Source of the DNA: an uncultured Acidobacteriota bacterium
Lineage (GTDB): Bacteria; Acidobacteriota; UBA6911
Direction: 5' to 3'
Assembly (NCBI GenBank): GCA_963809485.1
Contig: CAWEJX010000007.1
Span: 384,001 to 448,000 of the forward strand
DNA length: 64,000 nucleotides
Shown: piece by piece, positions 32,610-42,114 of the stretch
Layout: the number at the start of each line of letters is the position of its first letter
Position numbering within the stretch: position 1 is the stretch's first letter
Program-made: the position numbers and the translations under genes
Notes under the pieces: generated by a model
Seen by the model: the letters and a program-made list of their open reading frames with translations, nothing else
The model's database searches: none
Told to the model about the DNA's origin: nothing

Positions 32610-32770
32610 AATTACGAATGACGAATGCAAACAAACTCCGTGTATAAACATTATCGAACTATTATTTCGGGCAATTTTCATTTGCATACCATATCAAGCA
32701 ACTACTCTATTCATTCATATGTATGTTTCCATTCGTAATTCGTCATTCGTAAATCGTAATTCGTCATTCA
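32610..32770. repeat. ~160-bp AT-rich element bounded by inverted arrays of TCGT(A/C)AT heptamers, copy A
   Basis: ATTACGAATGACGAATG at left, TTCGTAATTCGTCATTCGTAAATCGTAATTCGTCATT at right; core aligns by eye with 34015-34180. Confidence 0.75.
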
Positions 32771-34008
32771 TGTCTGAGGGCTTCTATCGGATCCACCACC
32801 GCCGCCATGAAGGCCGGGTAAATGCTTGAAAGCACGCCCACCAGCGTCAGGAATCCAAAAGCGAACAGCCCGATCCCGGGAGTCACGATCATGCCCGCGA
32901 AAAAATCGACCTTCGGCAGCAGGTTGATCAGGGCGCAAATCCCCCAGCCGAAAGCGATGCCGGCCAGGCCGGCGGACATTGTCAGCACCATCGATTCGGT
33001 AAAAAACTGCATCAGGATCCTGCGTGTCGTGGCCCCGACAGCTTTACAGATGCCGATCTCCCGCGTCCGTTCGCCGATGGAAAGGAGCATGATGTTCATC
33101 ACCCCGACTCCGCCCAGGATCAGGGTTACGGCGGCAACGGCCCCTAAAAAAATCCGGAGTGAATCAAACACCTTCTTGATGAATTTGGCCTGCTGAACGG
33201 TATTCCAGATAGACACGGCGTCTTCATCCAGATAGTCGAAATTCTTTTCCTCGGCAAGTATCCGGCGCACCTGTAACTCGGCCGCCTCTCCAAGGTCGGC
33301 GCTCCGCGCCTGAAGGATGATATTGCTTAGCTCAAATTTGCCTTTGGCGGCAGCGGGCAGCGGAAAGTCGCGGGACATCGCATAGAAAGGAATAAATATT
33401 TTCTTCTTGTCCGGCCCGCTGTAGTTGGAGTTTTGGTCCTTGGGAATCAATTCTCCTATGACGAGATAGGGAAAATCTCCGATCATAACCGTCCGGCCGA
33501 AGGGATTTTCCTTGTTGAACAGCTGCTCTTTGACTTCATCTCCCAATATACAAACGCGCAAGGCCTTTTCGTTATCCCCTTGATTAATGGGCCGGCCTCC
33601 CGGCTTCAATTCGATGGTACGCATCTGCATATAGTCGGGAAATACTCCGTGAGTCCTGAAGGTGCCGTTGTTGATGCTGGACCGGGCAGAAAGCGATCTC
33701 TGGATTTCGGGGCTCGAGCGCTGGAGGTACGTGGCCTTTTCTTTCAGCAGGAAGTAGTCCTTAAGCGTAAGCCTGATGGTCTTTCCGGCTCGGATCCCAC
33801 CGGCGGATTTGCTCGTTGTCCCGCCCCAAGCAATGAGGATGTTCTGGCCGAGGGCGCGCGCCTTCTCCCTCTGTGCAACCCACATCCCTTCGCCCATCGA
33901 CGTCATAAGAATGAGGCAGACCAGGCCCCAGGCGATTCCGAACATGGTCAGGAACGACCGGGTCTTATTGGCAGCCAGATTCAACAGCGTCTGTTTCAGC
34001 AAAGCCAT
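32764..34008 (-). CDS. MacB/FtsX-family ABC permease
   Basis: RSFLTMFGIAWG, GGVGVMNIMLLSIGERTREIG, DPIEALRHE. Confidence 0.88.
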   Translation of the reverse strand: MALLKQTLLNLAANKTRSFLTMFGIAWGLVCLILMTSMGEGMWVAQREKARALGQNILIAWGGTTSKSAGGIRAGKTIRLTLKDYFLLKEKATYLQRSSPEIQRSLSARSSINNGTFRTHGVFPDYMQMRTIELKPGGRPINQGDNEKALRVCILGDEVKEQLFNKENPFGRTVMIGDFPYLVIGELIPKDQNSNYSGPDKKKIFIPFYAMSRDFPLPAAAKGKFELSNIILQARSADLGEAAELQVRRILAEEKNFDYLDEDAVSIWNTVQQAKFIKKVFDSLRIFLGAVAAVTLILGGVGVMNIMLLSIGERTREIGICKAVGATTRRILMQFFTESMVLTMSAGLAGIAFGWGICALINLLPKVDFFAGMIVTPGIGLFAFGFLTLVGVLSSIYPAFMAAVVDPIEALRHE

Positions 34009-34014
34009 AATGTA

Positions 34015-34180
34015 AATTACGAATGACGAATGACGAAAACAATGCAACCAAACTGAATGCATAAACATCATCGGATTATTGTCTCGGACAGTTTTCATCT
34101 GCCCGCCATATAGAACAGCTTCTCTATTCCATTATATGTGTGTTTCAGTTCGTCATTCGTCATTCGTAATTCGTCATTTA
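34015..34180. repeat. Heptamer-flanked ~160-bp element, copy B
   Basis: AATTACGAATGACGAATGACGAA...TTCGTCATTCGTCATTCGTAATTCGTCATT; core homologous to copy A. Confidence 0.75.
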
Positions 34181-35422
34181 TTATTGTAGGATCAAAGGGT
34201 CTCCGGGCTTCAATCCCGAAAGCAGTTCGGCGCGCGAGCCGTTGCCCAATCCTGTTTTTACGGCAACCTGGCGCCGGCCCGTTTTTGTTGAGGCGTCCGG
34301 CACTTCCACGAAGGTCTCGCGCTTTTCGTTGTAAATCAGGGCACTCTCCGGGATGAGAAGCACATTGTGATGCTCCTCAAGGATGATTTCGGCGTTGGCG
34401 CTCATGTTGACCTTCAGGAGGTCGAGGTCATCCAGGATCGACACGCGCACTTCGAAGCGCGTGACGTTATCCTTCTCAACTCCCATGGGCGCTATCCGGA
34501 ACACTTTCCCCTGGAAAATGCGGTTTTTGTATGCATCGACCGTGACGCGCACGGGCTGACCCACCTTCACCAGCCCGATGTCCGTCTCGTCGACCCTGCC
34601 TTTTATGTAAAGCTCCTGAACATCACCCAGCGTCATTATCAGCGTCGCGTTGGATCCCAGCTGGAGAATCGACGAAACGGCGTCGCCCACTTCCACTTCG
34701 CGGCTCAAGACCACCCCATCGATGGGCGAGCGGATGGAGGCGTATTTCAGGTTTTCCTCGGCCCTTTCATGCCGCGCCTGCGCCTGAATCACCGCCGACC
34801 TGGCTTTCTCGATTGTCCGGCTGTTCTGCTCTATTTCCGCCTCCCGCACTCCCACTGCGGCATTCAGGGTTTTCTGGGCCACCTCCGCCGATTTCATTTT
34901 CTGCTCCATGCTGTCGAAATCGGATTTTGAGATCAAACCCTGGCCGAAGAGCTGTTGCTGGCGCCGGTATTCCGCGCTCATGAATTCAAAATCCCTGTTT
35001 TCGGCTTCAAGCTGCGACTTCTTCAGGTTCGCGCGCAGTGTTTTGCCTTGGGATTCCATTTCCTGAAGACTGCTTTCAGCGGATCTCAAAACCGCCTCCG
35101 CCTCTTTAAGCTCCGCTTCCAGCGTCTCCTTATCGAGTTCAACCAGAAGCTGCCCTGCGCGAACGCGATCTCCCGAATTGACGTAGAGGTATTTGATGAG
35201 TCCGCTTGCCTTCGACTTGATATCCACTTTGGAGAGCGGTTCGACTTTCCCGGTGGCCACGACAGATCGGGCGATGGAGCCCGGCTCGACTTTGGCCAGC
35301 TTTTCCGGCGGGATGGTTTTGTCGACTTCGAACAGGGCCCCAAACAGCCAATATCCGCCGAATAGAAGCAGAAGCCCGACAATCGACAGGAATGAAAAGG
35401 TAAACAGATGCTTTTTAGCCAT
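34181..35422 (-). CDS. MacA-like periplasmic adaptor (membrane fusion protein)
   Basis: N-terminal TM; VVATGKVEP, GDRVRAGQLL, long coiled coil, IRSPIDGVV, VDETDIGLVKVGQ. Confidence 0.88.
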   Translation of the reverse strand: MAKKHLFTFSFLSIVGLLLLFGGYWLFGALFEVDKTIPPEKLAKVEPGSIARSVVATGKVEPLSKVDIKSKASGLIKYLYVNSGDRVRAGQLLVELDKETLEAELKEAEAVLRSAESSLQEMESQGKTLRANLKKSQLEAENRDFEFMSAEYRRQQQLFGQGLISKSDFDSMEQKMKSAEVAQKTLNAAVGVREAEIEQNSRTIEKARSAVIQAQARHERAEENLKYASIRSPIDGVVLSREVEVGDAVSSILQLGSNATLIMTLGDVQELYIKGRVDETDIGLVKVGQPVRVTVDAYKNRIFQGKVFRIAPMGVEKDNVTRFEVRVSILDDLDLLKVNMSANAEIILEEHHNVLLIPESALIYNEKRETFVEVPDASTKTGRRQVAVKTGLGNGSRAELLSGLKPGDPLILQ

Positions 35423-35439
35423 GATTCCTCCATCGCTAA

Positions 35440-35670
35440 TTTCCAATACGAAAATCGGGAGGAATAAGTTTGCGGAATTTTGCGAGGAAAGATCGGGGCA
35501 GAGTCTTTAGGGCTTTCAGCCTTAAGCAGCAATCGCCGCAACATGAGCAGATAAACTGAACATCTCGCTGATTGCTCGGCTCAAGCACGAGTCCCTCTTC
35601 CTCGTTTTTGGCTGCGATTTCCAGAGCTTCCTCTTTGTTGATGGATCTGCCCCATCCCATCCTTCCCATC
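35440..35670 (-). pseudogene. Fragment of a 4Fe-4S-binding protein
   Basis: RSINKEEALEIAAKNEEEGLVLEPSNQRDVQFICSCCGDCC; both flanking parts missing. Confidence 0.55.
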
Positions 35671-35729
35671 AAATCGCCAAAATCCCTGCGGCCAGCTCAG
35701 CTATCGGATTGGAAGCTCGCAGTTGCCGA

Positions 35730-35900
35730 CAGCGATATTATTCAGTACGGCAATCGGCCTAGCTTCCTGCTTGAATCTCTCGCTGTACTGCTCCTTGACC
35801 TTCTTTATCGCCACGATGCGGCCCGGGCGGGTGTCCCGCGCCTTCCATACATCTCCATGCCCCCGGCACCTGCTGGCGAGAGGATTTCGCATGGGCCGAG
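35730..35900 (-). pseudogene. N-terminal remnant of a Ser/Thr protein kinase
   Basis: GHGDVWKARDTRPGRIVAIKKV...ERFKQEARPIAVLN (subdomains I-III), then truncated. Confidence 0.7.
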
Positions 35901-36044
35901 TTTGGTGCCAGCGGTGAAGAGGGATAGGTATCATAAGCTGCCGACCGCTCATGAAATACCTCCAAGCGGCTGCCTTATAGCCTTCCGATAATCGCCGATT
36001 ATGTAAACTTGAGAGCTTCGTAACGTCCGTCCCCCGTCTTGTTT

Positions 36045-38096
36045 TTACTTTTTGATGCGGACGTCTACTACTTTGGCTCCTTGTCCCTCCGGATAAACGA
36101 TAACGGGATTCAGGTCCATTTCCGCGATTTCGGGCAGATCGACGGCCATTTGGGATACAGAGACCAGCAGGCGCTCCACAGCGGCCAGATCGGCGGCAGG
36201 GAGGCCCCGCCCGCCCTTGAGCAGCGGGAGCGACCGGATTTCCCGGACCATTCGCGCGGCGCCTGCCTCGGAGAGAGGCGCCATCCGGAAGGAGACATCC
36301 TTGAGCGATTCCACGTGAACGCCGCCCAATCCGAACATGACAACCGGACCCACGCCCGGTTCGCGTTTAAGCCCTATGATGACTTCCGTCCCCGGCGGGC
36401 ATTGCTCCTGCACGACCAGATTCGCGCCCGGAAACCGGCCGGACATTTCTTCGACTGCCTTCTGAAGCGTTGCCTTGCGGGCGATGTTCAGAGCAACTCC
36501 CCCCGCATCGCTCTTGTGAACGACCTCCGCGCTGTCGACTTTCACCGCCACGGGAAATTTCAGCCCGGAGGGCAGCTGCGTCCCGGTCAACGGAACCGTG
36601 CGGGCGGCGGCGATCTTATAGGCATCCAGCACTTTGAAGGCAGCCGTTTGCGAAACGAATCCAGCAGGCTGTCTGGCCAGTATCTCCTGTGCCTCGGCCT
36701 TGTTTCCCGAAACAATGGCCGGCGGTTCGGCAAGGCGCTTACGGATTTCACCGTAACGCACCATGGCAGCCAGGACGCGCGCGCCTGTCTCCGGGAAGTC
36801 GAAGACCGGGATTCCCGCGCTCTTGATGGTTTCGACTGTTTTTGCCCAATTCTCGTTGGTCATGACGACGGCGATGATGGGCTTGGTCGCTTTACGCGCC
36901 GTCTCGGCAATGCTTCGGGCAATGGCTTCGCAATCCACGAAAAACGGTGTGACCATAGGAATGAGTATGGAGTCGACGCCCGGGTCATCGTTCAGGCAGG
37001 ACAGAGCCAGGGCGAAATGGTCGGCGTTGGCCGTTGCGGCGACATCGACGGGATTCTCCACGTAGGATTCCGCAATCAGCCCGGCGCGCAGCCTGCTCTT
37101 CGTTTCCTCAGTAAACCTGGCCAGCGAGAGCCCGTGGCCCACGCACTCATCCACGGCCATGATGCCGGGACCGCCGGCGTTCGCGATGATGCCCACGTTC
37201 GGACCGGCCGGCACCGGCTGGGTGGCGAACGCGTATGCCGCGGAGATCATCTCTTCCGTCGTGTTGAACCGCATCACGCCGGCGTGCTCGAATATCGTGT
37301 CCGTCAGGGAGTCCCTCTGCATGAGCGATCCCGTATGGGAGCTGACCGCCTTGGCGGCGGCCGCGGTGCGCCCGGTCCGGATCGCCAGTATGGATTTTTC
37401 GCGGGCAATGCGCCTGCAGCGCTCGATGAATCCGGGGGTATCCTTCATGCTTTCGATATGCATGATGATGGTCCGCGTCTCCGGATCATTGCCCAGATAA
37501 TCCAGCAGTTCGTTGGTATTCACATCGGTGGCATTGCCGTGGGATGCATAGATGCGGAAACCCGAGCCCATCCTGCGCAGGTTCAGGTTGAGCATCTCCG
37601 CCACACCGCCGCTCTGGGCAAGGATCGAGGCCTTGCCGGGACGCATCGGCGTAAAGGTGAAGTTGGCGTAGACGGAAATTTCCGGATCCGAATTCATGAC
37701 TCCCTGGGAATTCGGGCCATAAACACGCACGCCGTATCGGCGGGCCGCGTCGAGCAGGGCATCTTCGAGTTTGGCGCCTTCCTCTCCCATCTCGCGGAAC
37801 CCGGCAGTGTGGATGATGACGAACTTGACGCCCATTTTCCCGCAGTCCTCGACCACCTGCGGAACCATGGTGTTCTTGACCACTATGCTCGCGATATCCA
37901 CCGGTCCGGGCACATCCAGGATGCTCGGGTATGCCTTCAGGCCAAGGATTTCGGGCTCCTTCGGATGAATCGGAAAAATCGGGCCCTTGAAGCCGTGGTC
38001 CAGCAGGTTCTTGACGACGCGGTTTCCAATCGAAAAAGTATTGTTGGAAGCCCCTATGACGGCGACGCCGCGGGGCCGGAACAGTGAATCAAGCAT
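36045..38096 (-). CDS. ADP-forming acyl-CoA synthetase (fused alpha/beta, AcdAB-like)
   Basis: VAVIGAS, AGFREMG, GPNSQG, QSGG, SHTGSL (phospho-His), NPVDV, HKSDAGGV, MDLNPV; no GNAT domain. Confidence 0.88.
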   Translation of the reverse strand: MLDSLFRPRGVAVIGASNNTFSIGNRVVKNLLDHGFKGPIFPIHPKEPEILGLKAYPSILDVPGPVDIASIVVKNTMVPQVVEDCGKMGVKFVIIHTAGFREMGEEGAKLEDALLDAARRYGVRVYGPNSQGVMNSDPEISVYANFTFTPMRPGKASILAQSGGVAEMLNLNLRRMGSGFRIYASHGNATDVNTNELLDYLGNDPETRTIIMHIESMKDTPGFIERCRRIAREKSILAIRTGRTAAAAKAVSSHTGSLMQRDSLTDTIFEHAGVMRFNTTEEMISAAYAFATQPVPAGPNVGIIANAGGPGIMAVDECVGHGLSLARFTEETKSRLRAGLIAESYVENPVDVAATANADHFALALSCLNDDPGVDSILIPMVTPFFVDCEAIARSIAETARKATKPIIAVVMTNENWAKTVETIKSAGIPVFDFPETGARVLAAMVRYGEIRKRLAEPPAIVSGNKAEAQEILARQPAGFVSQTAAFKVLDAYKIAAARTVPLTGTQLPSGLKFPVAVKVDSAEVVHKSDAGGVALNIARKATLQKAVEEMSGRFPGANLVVQEQCPPGTEVIIGLKREPGVGPVVMFGLGGVHVESLKDVSFRMAPLSEAGAARMVREIRSLPLLKGGRGLPAADLAAVERLLVSVSQMAVDLPEIAEMDLNPVIVYPEGQGAKVVDVRIKK

Positions 38097-38160
38097 AATG
38101 GCTCCTTAAGGAAAAATTAGTGTTCTGTGGAGTTGGCAACTCGCGAACGGGCAACCGGAA

Positions 38161-39372
38161 CTACTGGATTGCTCCTGCTTCTCTGAGCTTCGCAATTTCC
38201 TCCTTGCTGCAGCCGATTTCGAGCAGCACCTCTTCCGTGTGCTCACCCAGGTCCGGCGCCTTCCTTCTCCAGGATGCCGGCGTTTCGCTGAGATCCCAGG
38301 GGAATCCCATGGTCTTTGTGGGCCCGTGAACAGGGTGATCGATATTAATCATGTAGTTGTTCGCCAGCACCTGCGGGTCCTCCACAACTTCAGGGATGTT
38401 TTGGACCGGAGTATAGATGCAGCCGTGTTCTTCCAGGATCTTCATCCATTCATCCCGGGTTTTGCTGGCAAAAAGCCCGTCAAAAATGGCGATCAGTTCT
38501 TCGCGGTTGGCCGAACGGGCGGCAAAAGTGCTGAATCTCGGGTCATTGATCAGATTCTCGATTCCCAGGGCGCCGCAAACCTTCGCCCACCACCGGTCGG
38601 GGTCCAGGTGGGCGATGGCGATCCATCTGTCGTCTTTGCAGCGATAATGGTTGTACATGGGATTTCCCATTTGGGTTCTCACAAATCTGTGAAATTCCTG
38701 CTTCAGCATGGCCGTGCCGGACATAAGGTGCCCGATCAGGGCGACGACGCTGCCCATCAGCGAAGTGTCGACCACCTGGCCTTTGCCGGTCCGCTCGCGC
38801 GCAAAGAGCGCCAGGCATACGCCCCAGGCGCTTATGAGCCCGCCCAGTTCGTCGCCGAGGCCGGGAAGCATCATGCAGGGAGGCGTCTGGTCTTCCCCGG
38901 CCGCCATCATCAGGCCGGACCGCGCGATGCCGGTGTAATCGAAGGAAAGGCTGTTGGCGGACGGACCCTTGCGTCCCCAGCCGGATGCCTGCGCGTAGAT
39001 GAGCCGCGGATTGCGGGCAAGAAGCGCCTCCGGACCGATCCCGAGACGGATGGGGGCCGCAATGCTCATGTTGTTTAGGAATACATCCGCCCTATCGATG
39101 AGCTTGAGGAAGACATCCAGGCCTTCCTTCTTTTTCATGTCCAGGACGATGCCCCGCTTGTTGCGGTTGGCATGCTCGAAGTAATAGTTGTACCCCTTGA
39201 CGTTGAATTCGGCCTCGATCGTCCGGAAGTGGCGCCTTGCGGGATCTCCGTCTTTCGATTCGATCTTGATCACGTCGGCACCCAGGTCCCCCAGCCGCAT
39301 ACCGGCCACCGGTCCCTGCTGAAACGTGGAAATCTCTATGACCTTGATCCCTGAGAGCGGTCCTTCTGACAT
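38161..39372 (-). CDS. Family III (CaiB/BaiF) CoA-transferase, copy 1
   Basis: GPLSGIKVIE, LGDLGADVIKIE, NRNKRGI, PGLGDELGG (catalytic Asp), GKGQVVDTSL, APDLGEHT. Confidence 0.92.
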   Translation of the reverse strand: MSEGPLSGIKVIEISTFQQGPVAGMRLGDLGADVIKIESKDGDPARRHFRTIEAEFNVKGYNYYFEHANRNKRGIVLDMKKKEGLDVFLKLIDRADVFLNNMSIAAPIRLGIGPEALLARNPRLIYAQASGWGRKGPSANSLSFDYTGIARSGLMMAAGEDQTPPCMMLPGLGDELGGLISAWGVCLALFARERTGKGQVVDTSLMGSVVALIGHLMSGTAMLKQEFHRFVRTQMGNPMYNHYRCKDDRWIAIAHLDPDRWWAKVCGALGIENLINDPRFSTFAARSANREELIAIFDGLFASKTRDEWMKILEEHGCIYTPVQNIPEVVEDPQVLANNYMINIDHPVHGPTKTMGFPWDLSETPASWRRKAPDLGEHTEEVLLEIGCSKEEIAKLREAGAIQ

Positions 39373-39588
39373 TGCATTCCTCCCGATGAGTTAATTTCCA
39401 GAAATCTTTCAACCGGGGATGCCTGCATGGAATCTGGCCCCCGGCAACGCGAGGGCCAATATATCACAGGGATCCGCCGGACCGCCACGCTAACGGTGGC
39501 CGGCCGGGCCGATCCTGAAACAATTGCAAAACGGAATGGAACCTCCGGGCCGGCTATTTCGTTTTAACGGGCAAGGAGGCATTTCGCC

Positions 39589-40578
39589 ATGAAACACTAC
39601 CCGTTGCGCATCGCGGCCATTATCGCTTTGACCAGTCTGATCGGATGCCTGACGGCATTCCCGGCTGTGGAGGGAAGATTTGAGCGAACGTTGACTGTGG
39701 CCGGCCCGGTCACCCTGGAAGTCACGACCGGCTCCGGAAGTATCGACGTGAAGGCAGGCAATTCCGGCTTCGTCAGGATTCGGGGAGTGATTAAGGCCCG
39801 GGATGACCGGCACGCGAGCGCGGAAGAGAAGATCAAATACCTGGAATCTCAACCGCCGATCGAGCAGAGCGGCAATGTTATCCGCGTTGGCCGGATCGAT
39901 GACGACGATTACAGGAATAATGTCTCAATCAGCTACGAGATAGAAACACCGCCCGAGACAACCCTGACCAGCCGCGCCGGGTCCGGAGGCCAGCGGATCT
40001 ATGGGCTGCAGGGACGCGTGGAAGTTGCTACCGGCTCCGGGTCCATCAATATGGATAATATACGGGGTGATGTGAACGCACAGGCCGGCTCGGGCGGCAT
40101 CGAAGCCCACGCTGTGACCGGACGGCTCGAGTTGAGAACCGGCAGCGGGTCCATCAGGGCGTTGGGGATTGCAGGGTCCATCAGCGCAAGCACGGGCAGC
40201 GGCGGTATAACCCTGGATCTGTCGGCCGCCGAACAGGGCTCTGCCATGGACGCGGAAGCCCACACCGGTTCGGGCAGCATCGAGGTTGACGGAGTTGCCG
40301 GATCCCTTCGGGCAAGCACAGGAAGCGGAAGCATCAAGGCCGGCGGGAACCCGGCGGGGAACTGGAGCATTAATACTTCATCCGGCAGCGTTTCGCTCGA
40401 AATGTCGCCACGCGCGGCATTTGATCTTCATGCCCGGACCGCCTCCGGCCGGATAAGTGTGGAGCCGCCGGTGGAAGTTCAAGGTGAAGTCGGCAGGAAC
40501 GAGCTCCGCGGCAAGGTACGCGGCGGCGGCAGCCTGGTCGAGGTTCGTACAAGCTCCGGCAGCATATCCGTCCAATAA
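39589..40578 (+). CDS. Secreted beta-strand-repeat protein (DUF4097/adhesin-like)
   Basis: Signal peptide; many TGSGSI-type repeats. Confidence 0.8.
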   Translation: MKHYPLRIAAIIALTSLIGCLTAFPAVEGRFERTLTVAGPVTLEVTTGSGSIDVKAGNSGFVRIRGVIKARDDRHASAEEKIKYLESQPPIEQSGNVIRVGRIDDDDYRNNVSISYEIETPPETTLTSRAGSGGQRIYGLQGRVEVATGSGSINMDNIRGDVNAQAGSGGIEAHAVTGRLELRTGSGSIRALGIAGSISASTGSGGITLDLSAAEQGSAMDAEAHTGSGSIEVDGVAGSLRASTGSGSIKAGGNPAGNWSINTSSGSVSLEMSPRAAFDLHARTASGRISVEPPVEVQGEVGRNELRGKVRGGGSLVEVRTSSGSISVQ

Positions 40579-40599
40579 GCGCTTCCGTATCAAATCGCG

Positions 40600-40637
40600 A
40601 TCCTCATTGCTCACGGGATCCCGTGAGCAATGAGGAT
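40600..40637. repeat. Perfect 38-bp palindrome
   Basis: ATCCTCATTGCTCACGGGA|TCCCGTGAGCAATGAGGAT. Confidence 0.9.
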
Positions 40638-40827
40638 TCGTCTGCCCGAAGGGCCGGAATTTATGGACCGGATGCACTGCTTTCAGTGTAAAATTAGGGA
40701 TGGGACCGGTTTCGGGATCTCTGCAGACACGGAGAAAGCCGCGGTTTCATGTGCTTTTTCCCCGCATTAGTCTGACTCCCTGCGTTTCCTGTTTCGCCCA
40801 TATGCCGGTCACAGAAGGAGTCCATGC

Positions 40828-42105
40828 ATGAAGACCGTAAAGATGAAGCTCGGCCATGGCTACGTCGATGTATCCGTCCCGGAAGAAAACCTGCTGGGAG
40901 TGATCCTCAAAGAGGTGCCCCCCTCCACAATGACCGAAGACGAGGCGATCCTGTCTGCGCTCGCCCAACCGATCGGCACTCCGAGGCTGAAGGAGATCGT
41001 CAAACCCGGTCAGACCGTCTGCGTTGTCGTATCCGACGTGACCCGCGCCTGGCAGAGGATGCAAGTCTACCTGCCGCATATCGTGAACGAACTGAATGAA
41101 GCGGGTGTCAGGGACAAGGACATTCGTTTCCTGTGCGCTCTCGGCTACCACCGCAATCAGACTCCCGAGGAGCACGAGAGACAGCTGGGGAAGGCGCTTC
41201 TGGAGCGTTTTGGTATCACCGATCATGACTGCATGGACAAGGCCAACCTGGTCCCTCTGGGCACAACCAGCCGCGGAACTCCCGTGACCATCAACAGAAT
41301 CGCGGCGGAGGCCGACCACCTGGTCCTGACCGGCTGCTGCACCTATCACCCGTGGGTTGGCTGGGGAGGCGGAAAGAAGTCGATTCTGCCCGGGATCTCC
41401 TCCATCGAATCCATCCAGCACAATCACCTGATGGTGATGGATGATAAGGGCCGGCAGCGTCCCGAGGTAAGGAGCGGGAATATCCAGGATAATCCGATGC
41501 ACCAGGACATGCTCGAAGTCGCTTCAATTGTGAATCCTTCGTTCATGTTCAACGTGATCATGGGGCACGACGGCAAAATCGCCCGGGCCGTGTGCGGGCA
41601 CTATGAGCAGGCGCACGCTGTGGGACGCAAAATCGTGGACGATCTCTACGCAGTGCCGATCAAAGAGCTTGCTGACATCACGATTTCGTCGCAGGGCGGG
41701 TACCCGAAGGATATCGACGTCTGCCAGACCGGCAAAGGCATCTATCACACGCAGGAAGCAACAAAGCCCGGCGGCACCATAATCATCTTGAGCGACTGCT
41801 CGGAGGGCATCGGGCCGCCGGACGCAAACACCATTTTCCTGGGCTGCGGCACAAACGCCGAGAGGGAAAAAGAGGTCCGCAGTCTATTCACAGTGGCCAA
41901 GTACGTGAGCTATTACATGTGCACCGCCGCCGAAAAATGGAACATCATCATCGTGGGCGGCGGGGATCCTGCGCTGCTGAAGAGGACCTCGCTGAAGACG
42001 GCCAGGACGGTGGAGGAAGCTCTGGAGATGGCCTTCGCCAGGGGAGGGAAGAAAATATACCTGATGCCTCAGGGTTCGAGCGCGCTTCCCAAACTTACTG
42101 CATAA
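40828..42105 (+). CDS. LarA-family nickel-pincer 2-hydroxyacid racemase/epimerase, copy 1
   Basis: PIGTPRL, SDVTR, ALGYHR, YHPWVGWGGGKKSILPG, IQHNH, GGYPKD...QTGKG. Confidence 0.88.
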   Translation: MKTVKMKLGHGYVDVSVPEENLLGVILKEVPPSTMTEDEAILSALAQPIGTPRLKEIVKPGQTVCVVVSDVTRAWQRMQVYLPHIVNELNEAGVRDKDIRFLCALGYHRNQTPEEHERQLGKALLERFGITDHDCMDKANLVPLGTTSRGTPVTINRIAAEADHLVLTGCCTYHPWVGWGGGKKSILPGISSIESIQHNHLMVMDDKGRQRPEVRSGNIQDNPMHQDMLEVASIVNPSFMFNVIMGHDGKIARAVCGHYEQAHAVGRKIVDDLYAVPIKELADITISSQGGYPKDIDVCQTGKGIYHTQEATKPGGTIIILSDCSEGIGPPDANTIFLGCGTNAEREKEVRSLFTVAKYVSYYMCTAAEKWNIIIVGGGDPALLKRTSLKTARTVEEALEMAFARGGKKIYLMPQGSSALPKLTA

Positions 42106-42114
42106 AGGCCGCCC

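Noticed and set aside
36039-38087. 682-aa plus-strand ORF
   Set aside because: Antisense shadow of the acyl-CoA synthetase; no recognisable motifs; expected in high-GC DNA
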